A stretch of DNA of 64,000 nucleotides, from NCBI GenBank assembly GCA_965232515.1, contig CBDDPY010000002.1:4320001-4384000 (forward strand). Direction: 5' to 3'. This DNA is from Alphaproteobacteria bacterium. Lineage in GTDB: Bacteria > Pseudomonadota > Alphaproteobacteria > GCA-2731375. Of the stretch, positions 38,447 to 47,795 are shown piece after piece. The notes below the pieces were generated by a model that did not search any database, was not told where the DNA came from, and worked only from the letters and a program-made list of their open reading frames with translations. Each line of letters opens with the position of its first letter. The stretch's first letter is position 1. A program made the position numbers and the translations under genes.

Positions 38447-39706
38447 ATGGCCGGACGGCGCGGAACCGCCGCCAAGGCGACGACAACCTCACAGACCCAG
38501 CTGATCGAGTTCGCGGCGCAGCAGGACTTCCGCTTCCGGCAGCAGAACGCCTCGGCCGAAAGCGCCCAGACCGGCCAGGGCGGCGAACGCTACTACACGA
38601 CGTCGCGGCAATTCGCCGAACGGGCGCTGGCCGCCAATCCGGCGCAGTTCCGGATCCTGAAGACCGACAAGCGGCTGAAGTGCCTCGCCCGGGACCGCTG
38701 GGCCGGCACCAACTATCGCGGCCGGCGGGTGTTGTTTCTGCTGCCGAGCGCGGCGCTGGGCAACAATGTCTGCACGGCCCTGTTCCTGCAGGCTTTCGCC
38801 GAGCGGCACGACCCGCGGGCGCTGGGCGTGTTCTGCGCACAGTCGGCCGCCGATATCTATCTCGGCGCGGGCGTCGCGGAAGTCTTTACGCTGTGGCTGC
38901 CGCGGCGGGCGCTGTCGCGCTGGGACGTGGTGATCGACCTCGGCCACCTGGAAAGCCGGCGCAACATTGAGTTCTGGCCGGTCGACATGGAGGCGGACCT
39001 GCTGGCGGCGTTCGACCTGGCGCCCAGCACGCGTTTCAGCGGCGAGGCACGCCCGCTGCCGGACACGGACCGGCTGCGCATCGGCTTGCTGCCGCTGGCC
39101 TCGTCGCCCTTGCGCACGCTGCCGGTGGCGGCGACGGCGGCGCTGATCGAAGCGCTGGCGCCGGCCGGCGATCTCGTGCTTTGCCTCAACCGGTTCCAGC
39201 ATCAGGGCGTGCTCTACCGCCAGGCGCTGCAGGATCGGCTGCCGCCGGATGTCGAGGTGATCGACGCCTTCGATTCGATCGGGGCGCTGCTGAAGGCGAT
39301 CGACGGATTCGATTACGCGGTGTTTGCAGACTCGGGCCCGGCGCACATGGCAAAGCTGTTCGCGACGCCCGGCGTCGCGGTCTACACCTCGGCCCCCGGC
39401 GACGTGCTTCAGGGCCGGTTCCGCAATCTTGTCAACTGGACGGTGCCGTTCGAGGGTCCGCACTGCCGCGCCCCCTGCGGCCTGGCCAAGATCCGACAGA
39501 CGTCGGACGGCCGGGTCGGCTGCATGGGCTCGCTCGGCTGCACCGTCGACGACTTGCCGACGACGCCGAAACGACAGGCACCGGCCGCTGTCGAGCGGCT
39601 GCTGCTGCAGGAACAGGTGCCGTGCGTCGCGGCGCTGGCCGAGGCGCCGGACGACTTGGTCAGATTCGTGCAGGCCGATCTGACCGCGCGCCATTCGCGG
39701 ACCTAG
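38447..39706 (+). CDS. Glycosyltransferase family 9-like protein
   Basis: ALGNNV, IGLLPLASSPLR, FADSGPAHMA..FATPGVAVY; Cys-rich tail; starts 1 nt after the methyltransferase stop. Confidence 0.7.
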   Translation: MAGRRGTAAKATTTSQTQLIEFAAQQDFRFRQQNASAESAQTGQGGERYYTTSRQFAERALAANPAQFRILKTDKRLKCLARDRWAGTNYRGRRVLFLLPSAALGNNVCTALFLQAFAERHDPRALGVFCAQSAADIYLGAGVAEVFTLWLPRRALSRWDVVIDLGHLESRRNIEFWPVDMEADLLAAFDLAPSTRFSGEARPLPDTDRLRIGLLPLASSPLRTLPVAATAALIEALAPAGDLVLCLNRFQHQGVLYRQALQDRLPPDVEVIDAFDSIGALLKAIDGFDYAVFADSGPAHMAKLFATPGVAVYTSAPGDVLQGRFRNLVNWTVPFEGPHCRAPCGLAKIRQTSDGRVGCMGSLGCTVDDLPTTPKRQAPAAVERLLLQEQVPCVAALAEAPDDLVRFVQADLTARHSRT

Positions 39707-39710
39707 AAGC

Positions 39711-39742
39711 AAAAACGGGGCGGAGGAAACACCGCCCCGTTT
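39711..39742. terminator. Intrinsic terminator of porin 1, possibly bidirectional
   Basis: aaaaacggggcgg-aggaaaca-ccgccccgttt. Confidence 0.85.
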
Positions 39743-39768
39743 CCGGTTTCAGACCGAATAGCTTCGGA

Positions 39769-40887
39769 TCAGAAGTTCAGCTTGGTGCCGACATACCCGA
39801 TGACGGAATCGTTCTCCTGAGATCGATCGCGCGCCGCGTCATCGATATCAGCCCATTGCACACCGGCAATCATCGTTACGCCCGGGCCAATAGCGTAGCT
39901 GCCCGCGACTTCGAAGCCTTCATACTCGTCCTCGCCAGCACCGGGGCCCTGCTCGACCTCTTTCCAGGCGTACATGACCGAGGCGCCCCACGGACCCGCG
40001 GTGTACTGCAAGCTCATCGCGAAATCCTCGCTGTCGCCACTATTGGCGAAACCGCGATTGTCGTTGAGGTAGGCAATGCCGAAGGCGAAGCCGGCATAGC
40101 CCAACTCGCCACCGAGCGCCCACTGCTCCCGGTCAGTCTCGATCGGATCGGAGGGGCCTTCCCGCTTACCCTCGCCGTAACCCACCGAGGCCGCCACGCT
40201 GAAGTTGTTGAACTTCTGCACGTAGTTGGCGCCGATCTCGATCACCTCGGACTGCTGACCGACCGGGCTGTTTTCGGGTTGGAAGCCGGAGTATGAGCCT
40301 AAACAGTCCTCGATGCCGCCACCGCGCTCCTCGCAGTTGTCAGGCGTATAGGACGCGCTGAGCTCGAAGCCCAAGAAGCGCGGGGTGAAGTAGGTGATCT
40401 TCTCGGAGTCCGAGGTCATGTTGGGCGGCGTTGCCGTGACGTTCGCCGTCGAGCCTTCCGGTGCGGCCCAGATCCGGAAATTCGGCGAGTTCAGGCCGAG
40501 GCCGGCCGATCTCGTACCGCGGTGCTGCAGGTAGGTGCCAGAGTTCTCCGCACCGATGTTGACGCGGCCCCATGCGCCCTCGAACCAGATGTACGATTCA
40601 TCAATCTGGTCCGTGCAGGTTTCGGCTTCGAGCTGAACCTGGACACCTACTTCGAGACCGTTGTCGAGCGTGGTCTTGCCATTGAAGATGATCTCGCCCT
40701 CGCGGAAGACCCCGTGATCTCGCCGGCCCGCGGCGCCCTCTCCGGCGCCGTTGTCTTCGTCGCCCACGGCGAAGACGGCTTGGAAATAGCCCCCCACACT
40801 CAATTGAATCCTGTCTGCGGCAACGGCGTTACCGGCCAACATCCCGGCTGCGACCATCGACGTCGTGCCAAACAGCAACTTCTGCAT
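39769..40887 (-). CDS. Outer-membrane porin, paralogue 1
   Basis: Signal peptide; EIIFNGKTTLDNGL, KITYFTPRF; C-terminal Phe. Confidence 0.92.
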   Translation of the reverse strand: MQKLLFGTTSMVAAGMLAGNAVAADRIQLSVGGYFQAVFAVGDEDNGAGEGAAGRRDHGVFREGEIIFNGKTTLDNGLEVGVQVQLEAETCTDQIDESYIWFEGAWGRVNIGAENSGTYLQHRGTRSAGLGLNSPNFRIWAAPEGSTANVTATPPNMTSDSEKITYFTPRFLGFELSASYTPDNCEERGGGIEDCLGSYSGFQPENSPVGQQSEVIEIGANYVQKFNNFSVAASVGYGEGKREGPSDPIETDREQWALGGELGYAGFAFGIAYLNDNRGFANSGDSEDFAMSLQYTAGPWGASVMYAWKEVEQGPGAGEDEYEGFEVAGSYAIGPGVTMIAGVQWADIDDAARDRSQENDSVIGYVGTKLNF

Positions 40888-41097
40888 GATGAGCGTACCT
40901 TTCCTGTCTTGTGTCATCATTTGCCCGAATTACATTGTAGTTACATGTTTCAAACTAACATCCCGGTGGGAAAAAATGAAGTCAAAACGAGAATAAAATT
41001 CGAACTAAATTTCTTTATTGGTGTACTGGACAACGCACACAGCCGCAGCGGCCACGCTTGCCGGTCGCGCGAAAATCAAAAATCTAGTGGGAGGAGG

Positions 41098-41312
41098 TCC
41101 GACAGATGCCGGACGGCCGGGCCGGCTGCATGGGCTCGCTCGGCTGCACCGTCGACGACTTGCCGACGACGCCGAAACGACAGGCACCGGCCGCTGTCGA
41201 GCGGTTGCTGCTGAAGGAACAGGTGCCGTGCGGCGCGGCGTTGGCCGAAGCGCCGGACGACATGGTCAGATTCGTGCAGGCCGATCTGACCGCGCGCCAT
41301 TCGCGAACATAA
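41098..41312 (+). pseudogene. Duplicated 3' fragment of the GT9-like gene (possible 68-aa mini-ORF 41106-41312)
   Basis: Aligns without gaps to 39492-39706 with about 12 mismatches counted by eye. Confidence 0.88.
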
Positions 41313-41316
41313 CAAC

Positions 41317-41346
41317 AAAAACGGGGCGGCTGACGCCGCCCCGCTT
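41317..41346 (-). terminator. Intrinsic terminator of porin 2
   Basis: aaaaacggggcggc-tgac-gccgccccg. Confidence 0.85.
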
Positions 41347-41371
41347 AGGCAGATGTATCGGTGCCGACGAT

Positions 41372-42490
41372 CTAGAAGCTGATCTTGGTGCCGAAATAGC
41401 CGATGACGGCCTCGTTCTCCTGCGAGTCGTCACCCGCCGCGTCTTCGATCTCGACGAACTGCACACCACCGGCAAGCGTGATGCCCGGGCCGAGATTGTA
41501 GCTGCCCGCGATTTCGAAGCCGCTGAACTCGTCCTCGTCACCGCCGGAGACTTCCTGTTCGGTCATGACGTACATGACGCTGGCGCCCCACGGACCGGTC
41601 GTGTACTTCAGACTGACCGCGTAATCGTCGCGATCGCCATCGTCGTCCAGGCCGTTGTTGTTGTTGCGGTAGGCCGCGCCCAACGTAAAGCCGGCATAAC
41701 CCAACTCGCCGCCGAACGAATACTCCTCGAGATCGTCGGACGTCGTGGTGTCCGGTCCCTCGCGGTCGGCCTCACCGTAACTGGCCGAGAGCGCGACGCT
41801 GAAGTCGTTGAACTTCTGAATGTAGTTCGCGCCGATCTCGATGACTTCCGACTGCTGCCCGGTGTTTTCCTCGCTCTGGAAGCCGGAATAGGAACCGCCG
41901 CAGCTGCCGGCGCCGGTCGACTGAGAACGTTCCTCGCAGCGATCCGGCGTATAGGAGGCCGCGAGCTGAACGCCGAAGAGACGCGGCGTGAAATAGGTGA
42001 TCTTTTCGGAGTCGGACGTCTGGTTCGGCGGCGTCGCCGTCGTGGTCACACCCGCGCCCGTCGGCGCGGCGTAAAAACGGAAGTTCGGCGAGTTCAGACC
42101 GTCGGCCACCGAGGACACGCCGCGGTGCTGCAGATAAGGGCCGGAGTTTTCCTGGCCGATGTTGATGCGGCCGAATCCGCCCTCGAAGTAGATGAAGGAT
42201 TCGTCGATCTGGTCCGTGCAGGTCTCGGCCTCGAGCTGCACCTGGACACCGACCTCGATGCCGTTGTCGAGCGTCGTCTTGCCGTTGAAGATGATTTCCG
42301 CTTCGCGGAAGAGCCCGTGCTCGCGGCGGCCCGCGGCACCTTCACCATCACCGTCGTCCTCATCGCCGACGGCGAAAAACGCCTGGAAATAACCCCCGAC
42401 GCCCAATTGAATCTTGTCGGCGGCAACAGCGCCACTGGCCAGCATCCCGGCTGCGACCATCGACGTCGTGCCAAACAGCAACTTCTTCAT
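41372..42490 (-). CDS. Outer-membrane porin, paralogue 2
   Basis: Same motifs as paralogue 1; GAAAGG RBS; C-terminal Phe. Confidence 0.92.
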   Translation of the reverse strand: MKKLLFGTTSMVAAGMLASGAVAADKIQLGVGGYFQAFFAVGDEDDGDGEGAAGRREHGLFREAEIIFNGKTTLDNGIEVGVQVQLEAETCTDQIDESFIYFEGGFGRINIGQENSGPYLQHRGVSSVADGLNSPNFRFYAAPTGAGVTTTATPPNQTSDSEKITYFTPRLFGVQLAASYTPDRCEERSQSTGAGSCGGSYSGFQSEENTGQQSEVIEIGANYIQKFNDFSVALSASYGEADREGPDTTTSDDLEEYSFGGELGYAGFTLGAAYRNNNNGLDDDGDRDDYAVSLKYTTGPWGASVMYVMTEQEVSGGDEDEFSGFEIAGSYNLGPGITLAGGVQFVEIEDAAGDDSQENEAVIGYFGTKISF

Positions 42491-42778
42491 GACGAGCGTA
42501 CCTTTCCTGTCTCGTGTCGTCACATACCTGAAATACTTTGTATTTACATGATTTTTCGTACATTCCCGGCCGATGACGTCAAAGTCAACGCGCAAGTCTG
42601 ACGGGCATTGAAATGCCCGCGAACTGTGTCGAAAAAGGCACACAGCGGCGGCACCCGGGCTGCCGGGCGCTTGAGCAGCGATGGTCAGGATAGGTCGAAC
42701 CGGGCTATCGGATCGGGCGGCGAAATGGGCGCCGCGTCAGCTCCGGCGTGGCTGATATCAGCGTGCGATCAACAGACG

Positions 42779-42810
42779 AAAAACGGGGCGGATGACAATC
42801 CGCCCCGTTT
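42779..42810 (-). terminator. Intrinsic terminator of porin 3
   Basis: aaaaacggggcggat-gaca-atccgccccgttt. Confidence 0.85.
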
Positions 42811-42835
42811 CCGTCTTCAAACCGAATGGATCGGT

Positions 42836-43951
42836 TTAGAAGCTCAGCTTGGTGCCGACATAACCGATGACGGCCTCGTTCTCCTGAGCCTCGACGTTGG
42901 CGGCATCCTCGATGTCAGCCCACTGCACACCAGCAATCATGGTGATGCCCGGGCCGAGGTTGTAGCTGCCAGCCAGCTCGAAGCCCTCGTACTCGTCTTC
43001 GTCGCTGCTCGGACCAGTCTCGAGCTCGGACGTGGCATACATCACGGAGACGCCCCACGGGCCCGTGGTGTACTTCAGGCTGACGGCAAAGTCGTCACGG
43101 TCGCCATCATCATCGACGCCGTTGTTGTCCTCGCCGTAAGCAATGCCGAACGCGAAGCCGGCATAACCCAGCTCGCCGCCGACCGACCATTCTTCACGGT
43201 CGTCCGACGTCGTGGTGTCCGGGCCTTCGCGATCCGCCTCGCCGTAACTGGCCGAGGCCGCCACGCTGAAGTCGTTAAACTTCTGCACGTAGTTGGCGCT
43301 GATCTCGATGACTTCCGACTGCTGGCCGGTGTTTTCCTCGCTCTGGAAGCCAGAGTAGGAACCGCCGCAGCTGCCGGCGCCGGTCGACTGCGACCGCTCT
43401 TCGCAGTTGTCAGGCGTGTAGGACGCGCTGAGCTCGAAGCCGAAGAAACGCGGCGTGAAGTACGTGAGCTTCTCCGCGTCCGAGGTCATGTTCGGCGGCG
43501 TCGCGGTGGTGTTGATGCCACCCGGCGCGGCCCAGATCCGGAAGTTCGGCGAGTTCAGGCCGAGACCGACCGAGCTGGTGCCACGGTGCTGCAGGTAAGC
43601 ACCCGAGTTCTCCGCACCGATGTTGACGCGGCCCCAGGCACCCTCGAAGTAGATGAACGATTCGTCGATCTGGTCCGTGCAGGTCTCGGCTTCGAGCTGC
43701 ACCTGGACACCGACCTCGAGACCGTTGTCGAGCGTGGTCTTGCCGTTGAAGATGATTTCACCCTCGCGGAACAGACCGTGCTCACGGCGGCCATCGGCAC
43801 CCTCGCCGTCGCCGTCGTCCTCATCACCTACAGCGAAGACGGCTTGGAAATAGCCCCCCACGCCGAGCTGGATCTTGTCGGCGGCAAAAGCGCTATTGGC
43901 CAAGCAACCCGCGGCCACCAGCGCCGTTGTGCCGTACAACAGCTTTTTCAT
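42836..43951 (-). CDS. Outer-membrane porin, paralogue 3
   Basis: MKKLLYGTTALVAAG signal peptide; same core motifs; C-terminal Phe. Confidence 0.92.
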   Translation of the reverse strand: MKKLLYGTTALVAAGCLANSAFAADKIQLGVGGYFQAVFAVGDEDDGDGEGADGRREHGLFREGEIIFNGKTTLDNGLEVGVQVQLEAETCTDQIDESFIYFEGAWGRVNIGAENSGAYLQHRGTSSVGLGLNSPNFRIWAAPGGINTTATPPNMTSDAEKLTYFTPRFFGFELSASYTPDNCEERSQSTGAGSCGGSYSGFQSEENTGQQSEVIEISANYVQKFNDFSVAASASYGEADREGPDTTTSDDREEWSVGGELGYAGFAFGIAYGEDNNGVDDDGDRDDFAVSLKYTTGPWGVSVMYATSELETGPSSDEDEYEGFELAGSYNLGPGITMIAGVQWADIEDAANVEAQENEAVIGYVGTKLSF

Positions 43952-44237
43952 TGGAATGTACCTCTCTGATGTCGTCGTCTTACGCGTAAAACGAACACGA
44001 AGTTAACGGGTTGAATTCTCTCATTAACCCAACGGTATAGAGCCGATCTCACATCTAAAGGTCAAGCGCTAGACCCTTTGAATTGTGTCGAAAATCGCTC
44101 ACTGTTGCGAATACGCAACATGGCCAAATCAGGGCAAATGCGGCAAATTCGAGACCCCGGCACGGCACGATGACGGCCGAACCGTATTGTATAGGCGCCG
44201 CGCCGACCCCGCCAACAGCGTCGAACAAGGATCGTTC

Positions 44238-44864
44238 GTGCCCCTGTCCTTTCTGGTAATCGACGACTTCTACACCGATCCGCATGCCATTCGGCAGACG
44301 GCGCTGTCGCTGGACTACCCGGCGCCGAAGTCGCCGCCGAACTTCCCCGGCCGCAACTCGCGGCAGAAACTGCTGGTGAAGGGCATCGAGGAGATCGTCT
44401 CGGGTCTGGTCAACGAGCCGCTGGTCGGCAGCACCCGCGACGCGCATGGCCATTGCCGCATCTCGCTGGCCGACGACGACGCCAAACGCCGTTACTACGT
44501 ACATATCGACCCGACCGCCGACTGGTCGGGCATCCTCTACCTCAGCCTGCCCGAGGATTGCCGGGGCGGCACCGAGTTCTATCGCCACAAGGAACTCGAC
44601 AGCGACCGCGCGCCGATCTACGAGCACGAAATCAAGGCCTTGGGCGCCAGCAGCTATCCGGAAGCCGCCGACAAGATCATCCAGCGCGACAGCAACGATC
44701 TGTCCAAGTGGGACCACCTGATGACCATTCCGATGCGGTTCAACCGGCTCATCCTGCTACGCCCGTGGCTGTGGCATACGGCCGGACCGTCGTTCGGCAA
44801 CAGCCTGGAGAACGGCCGACTGGTGCAGCTGTTCTTCTTCGCGCGGAAGCCGGCCCAGGGCTGA
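44238..44864 (+). CDS. DUF6445-like / 2OG-Fe(II) oxygenase-fold protein
   Basis: VIDDFY.DP, FPG, HID, ILYLS, GGTEFY, FNRL, WH, RLVQLFF (HxD...H...R pattern). Confidence 0.78.
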   Translation: MPLSFLVIDDFYTDPHAIRQTALSLDYPAPKSPPNFPGRNSRQKLLVKGIEEIVSGLVNEPLVGSTRDAHGHCRISLADDDAKRRYYVHIDPTADWSGILYLSLPEDCRGGTEFYRHKELDSDRAPIYEHEIKALGASSYPEAADKIIQRDSNDLSKWDHLMTIPMRFNRLILLRPWLWHTAGPSFGNSLENGRLVQLFFFARKPAQG

Positions 44865-44875
44865 ACGACGCGGCG

Positions 44876-45709
44876 ATGGGCGGAATCATCTGGCTGGCGT
44901 CGTATCCGAAATCCGGCAATACCTGGCTGCGGGCCTTTCTGCACAACCTGCTGACCAATCCGCGAACGCCGGCGCAGCCGGACGAGTTGGCCCGCTTTAC
45001 GCTGAGCGAAAACGACAAGGGCTGGTACGACCAGGTCAACGGCGCGCCGGTCGACGGCTTGACCTCCGCGGAAACGATCCGCATGCGGCCGGACGTGCAC
45101 CGGCGGATGACCGCGAGCAGCCCGGACTCGGTGTTCGTGAAAACCCACAGCTATCTGGGCGAAGCCCACGGCACGCCGCTGATCACCATGGATGTGACGG
45201 CCGGCGCCATCTACGTGGTGCGCAATCCGTTGGACGTGGTGCTGTCGATGACCGCGCATTACGGCATCGACATCGCGCAGGCGATCGAGACCATCAACAC
45301 CCCACGCGAGTCGGTCGCCGACGCGGCACATGTGGTCGAAGTGATGGGCACCTGGAGCCGGCACGTCGAGAGTTGGACGGCGCAGCCCAATCCCGGCCTT
45401 TTGGTACTGCGCTACGAGGACCTGCTGGCGAAACCGCGCAAGCACTTCGGCGCCGTCGCCAACTTCCTTGGCCTGACGCCGTCGCGTGAACGTTTGGACC
45501 GGGCGATCCGATTCTGTTCGTTCAAGACACTGCAGCGCCTCGAGGACCGGCACGGCTTTCGCGAGCGCAGCCCCAGCGCGCCCCGGTTCTTCCGCACTGG
45601 CAAGGCAGAGCAATGGCGGGAAAAGCTTGATGAGAGCCAGGTACGCCGGATCGTCGAGACGCACCGCGCACAGATGGCGCGCTTCGGCTACGTGCCGGAC
45701 GGGCTCTAA
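44876..45709 (+). CDS. PAPS-dependent sulfotransferase
   Basis: WLASYPKSGNTW, VKTH, YVVRNPLDVVLS, LRYEDL, FFRTG. Confidence 0.92.
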   Translation: MGGIIWLASYPKSGNTWLRAFLHNLLTNPRTPAQPDELARFTLSENDKGWYDQVNGAPVDGLTSAETIRMRPDVHRRMTASSPDSVFVKTHSYLGEAHGTPLITMDVTAGAIYVVRNPLDVVLSMTAHYGIDIAQAIETINTPRESVADAAHVVEVMGTWSRHVESWTAQPNPGLLVLRYEDLLAKPRKHFGAVANFLGLTPSRERLDRAIRFCSFKTLQRLEDRHGFRERSPSAPRFFRTGKAEQWREKLDESQVRRIVETHRAQMARFGYVPDGL

Positions 45710-47580
45710 TCGGCCTTGAAATCGTGGGCCACGCCCTCGCGGTCGAGAGCGGCGGCGAGCGGCGCCAGGTAACCGGCATAGCGCCGCCAACGGCCGACCG
45801 AACCGCGATAAATCGGCCGCCGGACCTGGTCATAGCTGGCGGTGCGCACGAAGCGGCGGTTCTCGTAGTAGCGCAGGCAGGCCGGATCCCAATCGAGGCC
45901 GAGGAAGTCGATCATCCGGCGGCTGACCGTTTCGAGATCCTCGACCAGGTCCTCATAGGCCACCGTCAGGATCGCCGGGCCGAGGCCGTCGCACCAGTGG
46001 GACATCACCCGTTCGAGCCCGGCATAGTAGGCGGCAAGCGCGTCGAAGCCGGTGCTGTAGGGCAGCCGTTCGCCGAAATTCTGGGTGAAGCAGGACCAGC
46101 AGGTGTCGAGCGGGTCGCGGCGGCAATAGATCACCCGGGCGGCCGGGAACACCTGGGCGATCAGGCCGAGGCGAAGGGCGTTGGCCGGCTGCTTGTCGAC
46201 GACCCGCTCGGCGGCGCCGGCGAGCGCCGTCAGACGGCCGACCTGACGCGCGGCGATGTCGTCAAGCTGCGCCGGCGTGAGCCCGCCGACCTCGTGCGGA
46301 TAGGCCAGCGGCAGTTCGCGGGAGAGGTCGAGGATATCGGGCAGTTCGCCGGCGCCAAAAACGGCGGGATGCGACGCCAGGATCTGCTCGACCAGGCTGG
46401 TGCCCGAACGCGGCATGCCGACGACATAGACCGGCTTGGGCCAGGCGTTGGCGGCCTTGGGCAAATGCGCGAAGTCGGCATAGGCCGTCAGCAGCGCCGT
46501 CACCGCCTCGCGGTGCGCGGCCGGATTGAACCGCGCCGCCGTCAGCGCATTGCCGGCGACATAATGGTCGAAGGCGCGGCCGACCTTGTCGGCCCGGTCA
46601 TAGAGGCCGGCCAGCGCGAAATGCAGTTGCTGACGCGCCGCCTCGCTTTGGCCATCACCGGCCAGGCAGCGTTCGCCCAGACGCAGCGCCCGATCGATGG
46701 CGCCGGCATCGTCGAGCCGGTCGGCGATGCCGACAGAAACGGCCGCGACCAACGCGCTGCCGCTGCCGCGGTCAAGCGCGGGCTGCAGCGCCGCTCGCGC
46801 GGCGTCGACATCGCCCCGTCGCTGGCAAACGCTGGCCAGCACGGCTCGGACATCGTCCTGTTCCGGCGCCATCTCCAGCGCCCTGCGGCACAACGCCAGC
46901 GCCGCCTCGATATCGCCACGGTCGCGGAGCGCGCTCGCCATGTTGGCCATGACCGGCACGTAATCCGGCTTGAGCTGCAGCGCCGTCGCATAGGCGTCGA
47001 CCGCCTCGTCGGCCCGGCCAAGTCGCTGCAGGGTGCTGGCGAGCGCCGCGAACAACGCCGGATCGTTGTCGATTTCGGCGATGGCGACCCGGAATGCCGA
47101 GACGGCGGCGTCGAGCCGGCCCAGCGAGAGCAACGTCTCGGCGTGCTTGGCCGCCAGCACGCCATCGTCGGGCCGTGCCTGGCGGGCCCGCGCAAACTCG
47201 ATCTCCGCCGCGTCCGGCGCGCCGCGCAATGCCAGGACGCTGCCGAGGTGGGCAGCGTATTCGGGCGCCTCCGGCTGCAGGGCCAGAGCTTGTCGGAAGC
47301 TCGCCTCGGCGGCCGAGAAGTCGCCGGCGGCGACCAACACCAGGCCAAGATTGGCGTGATAGGCCGGATTGTCCGGTACGATCCCGATGGCGTGGCGAAT
47401 GCGCCGCAAACCCGCACCGTGATTGCCGCGCTGGTGCTCGACCAGGCCGAGCAGATGGTGGGCATCGGCAAGACCGGGCCGGCGCGCCAGCACGTCGGCA
47501 TAGAGCGACGCGGCCGTCGGCAGGTCGCCGGCGCGATGGCGCGCCACGGCGCGGCGCATCAGACCGTCGATCTCGCTCAT
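45706..47580 (-). CDS. TPR-repeat sulfotransferase
   Basis: N-terminal TPRs; VVGMPRSGTSLVEQILASHP, RDPLD, YEDLV, TASYDQVRRPIY. Confidence 0.92.
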   Translation of the reverse strand: MSEIDGLMRRAVARHRAGDLPTAASLYADVLARRPGLADAHHLLGLVEHQRGNHGAGLRRIRHAIGIVPDNPAYHANLGLVLVAAGDFSAAEASFRQALALQPEAPEYAAHLGSVLALRGAPDAAEIEFARARQARPDDGVLAAKHAETLLSLGRLDAAVSAFRVAIAEIDNDPALFAALASTLQRLGRADEAVDAYATALQLKPDYVPVMANMASALRDRGDIEAALALCRRALEMAPEQDDVRAVLASVCQRRGDVDAARAALQPALDRGSGSALVAAVSVGIADRLDDAGAIDRALRLGERCLAGDGQSEAARQQLHFALAGLYDRADKVGRAFDHYVAGNALTAARFNPAAHREAVTALLTAYADFAHLPKAANAWPKPVYVVGMPRSGTSLVEQILASHPAVFGAGELPDILDLSRELPLAYPHEVGGLTPAQLDDIAARQVGRLTALAGAAERVVDKQPANALRLGLIAQVFPAARVIYCRRDPLDTCWSCFTQNFGERLPYSTGFDALAAYYAGLERVMSHWCDGLGPAILTVAYEDLVEDLETVSRRMIDFLGLDWDPACLRYYENRRFVRTASYDQVRRPIYRGSVGRWRRYAGYLAPLAAALDREGVAHDFKAD

Positions 47581-47795
47581 GACGGGCCGATCCGGCACGG
47601 CGGCGGCCGCGCGATCATGCCTTTCGGTCGGCGGGAAGATGCGGTAAGACTTGCCATATTGCCGGTGATGTTTACCTCTCCGGCAGCCGGTTTGGCGAGC
47701 GCCAAAGGCCGTGGTCGGCCGACAGGGCCGACGGACCCGGTTGCGCCGGGCAGCGAATGAGCGATCGAAGACGCACGATGACGAAGGTCATGAGC

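Noticed and set aside
44001-44030. CtrA box upstream of porin 3
   Set aside because: Two TTAAC half-sites are present but 17 nt apart rather than 7.
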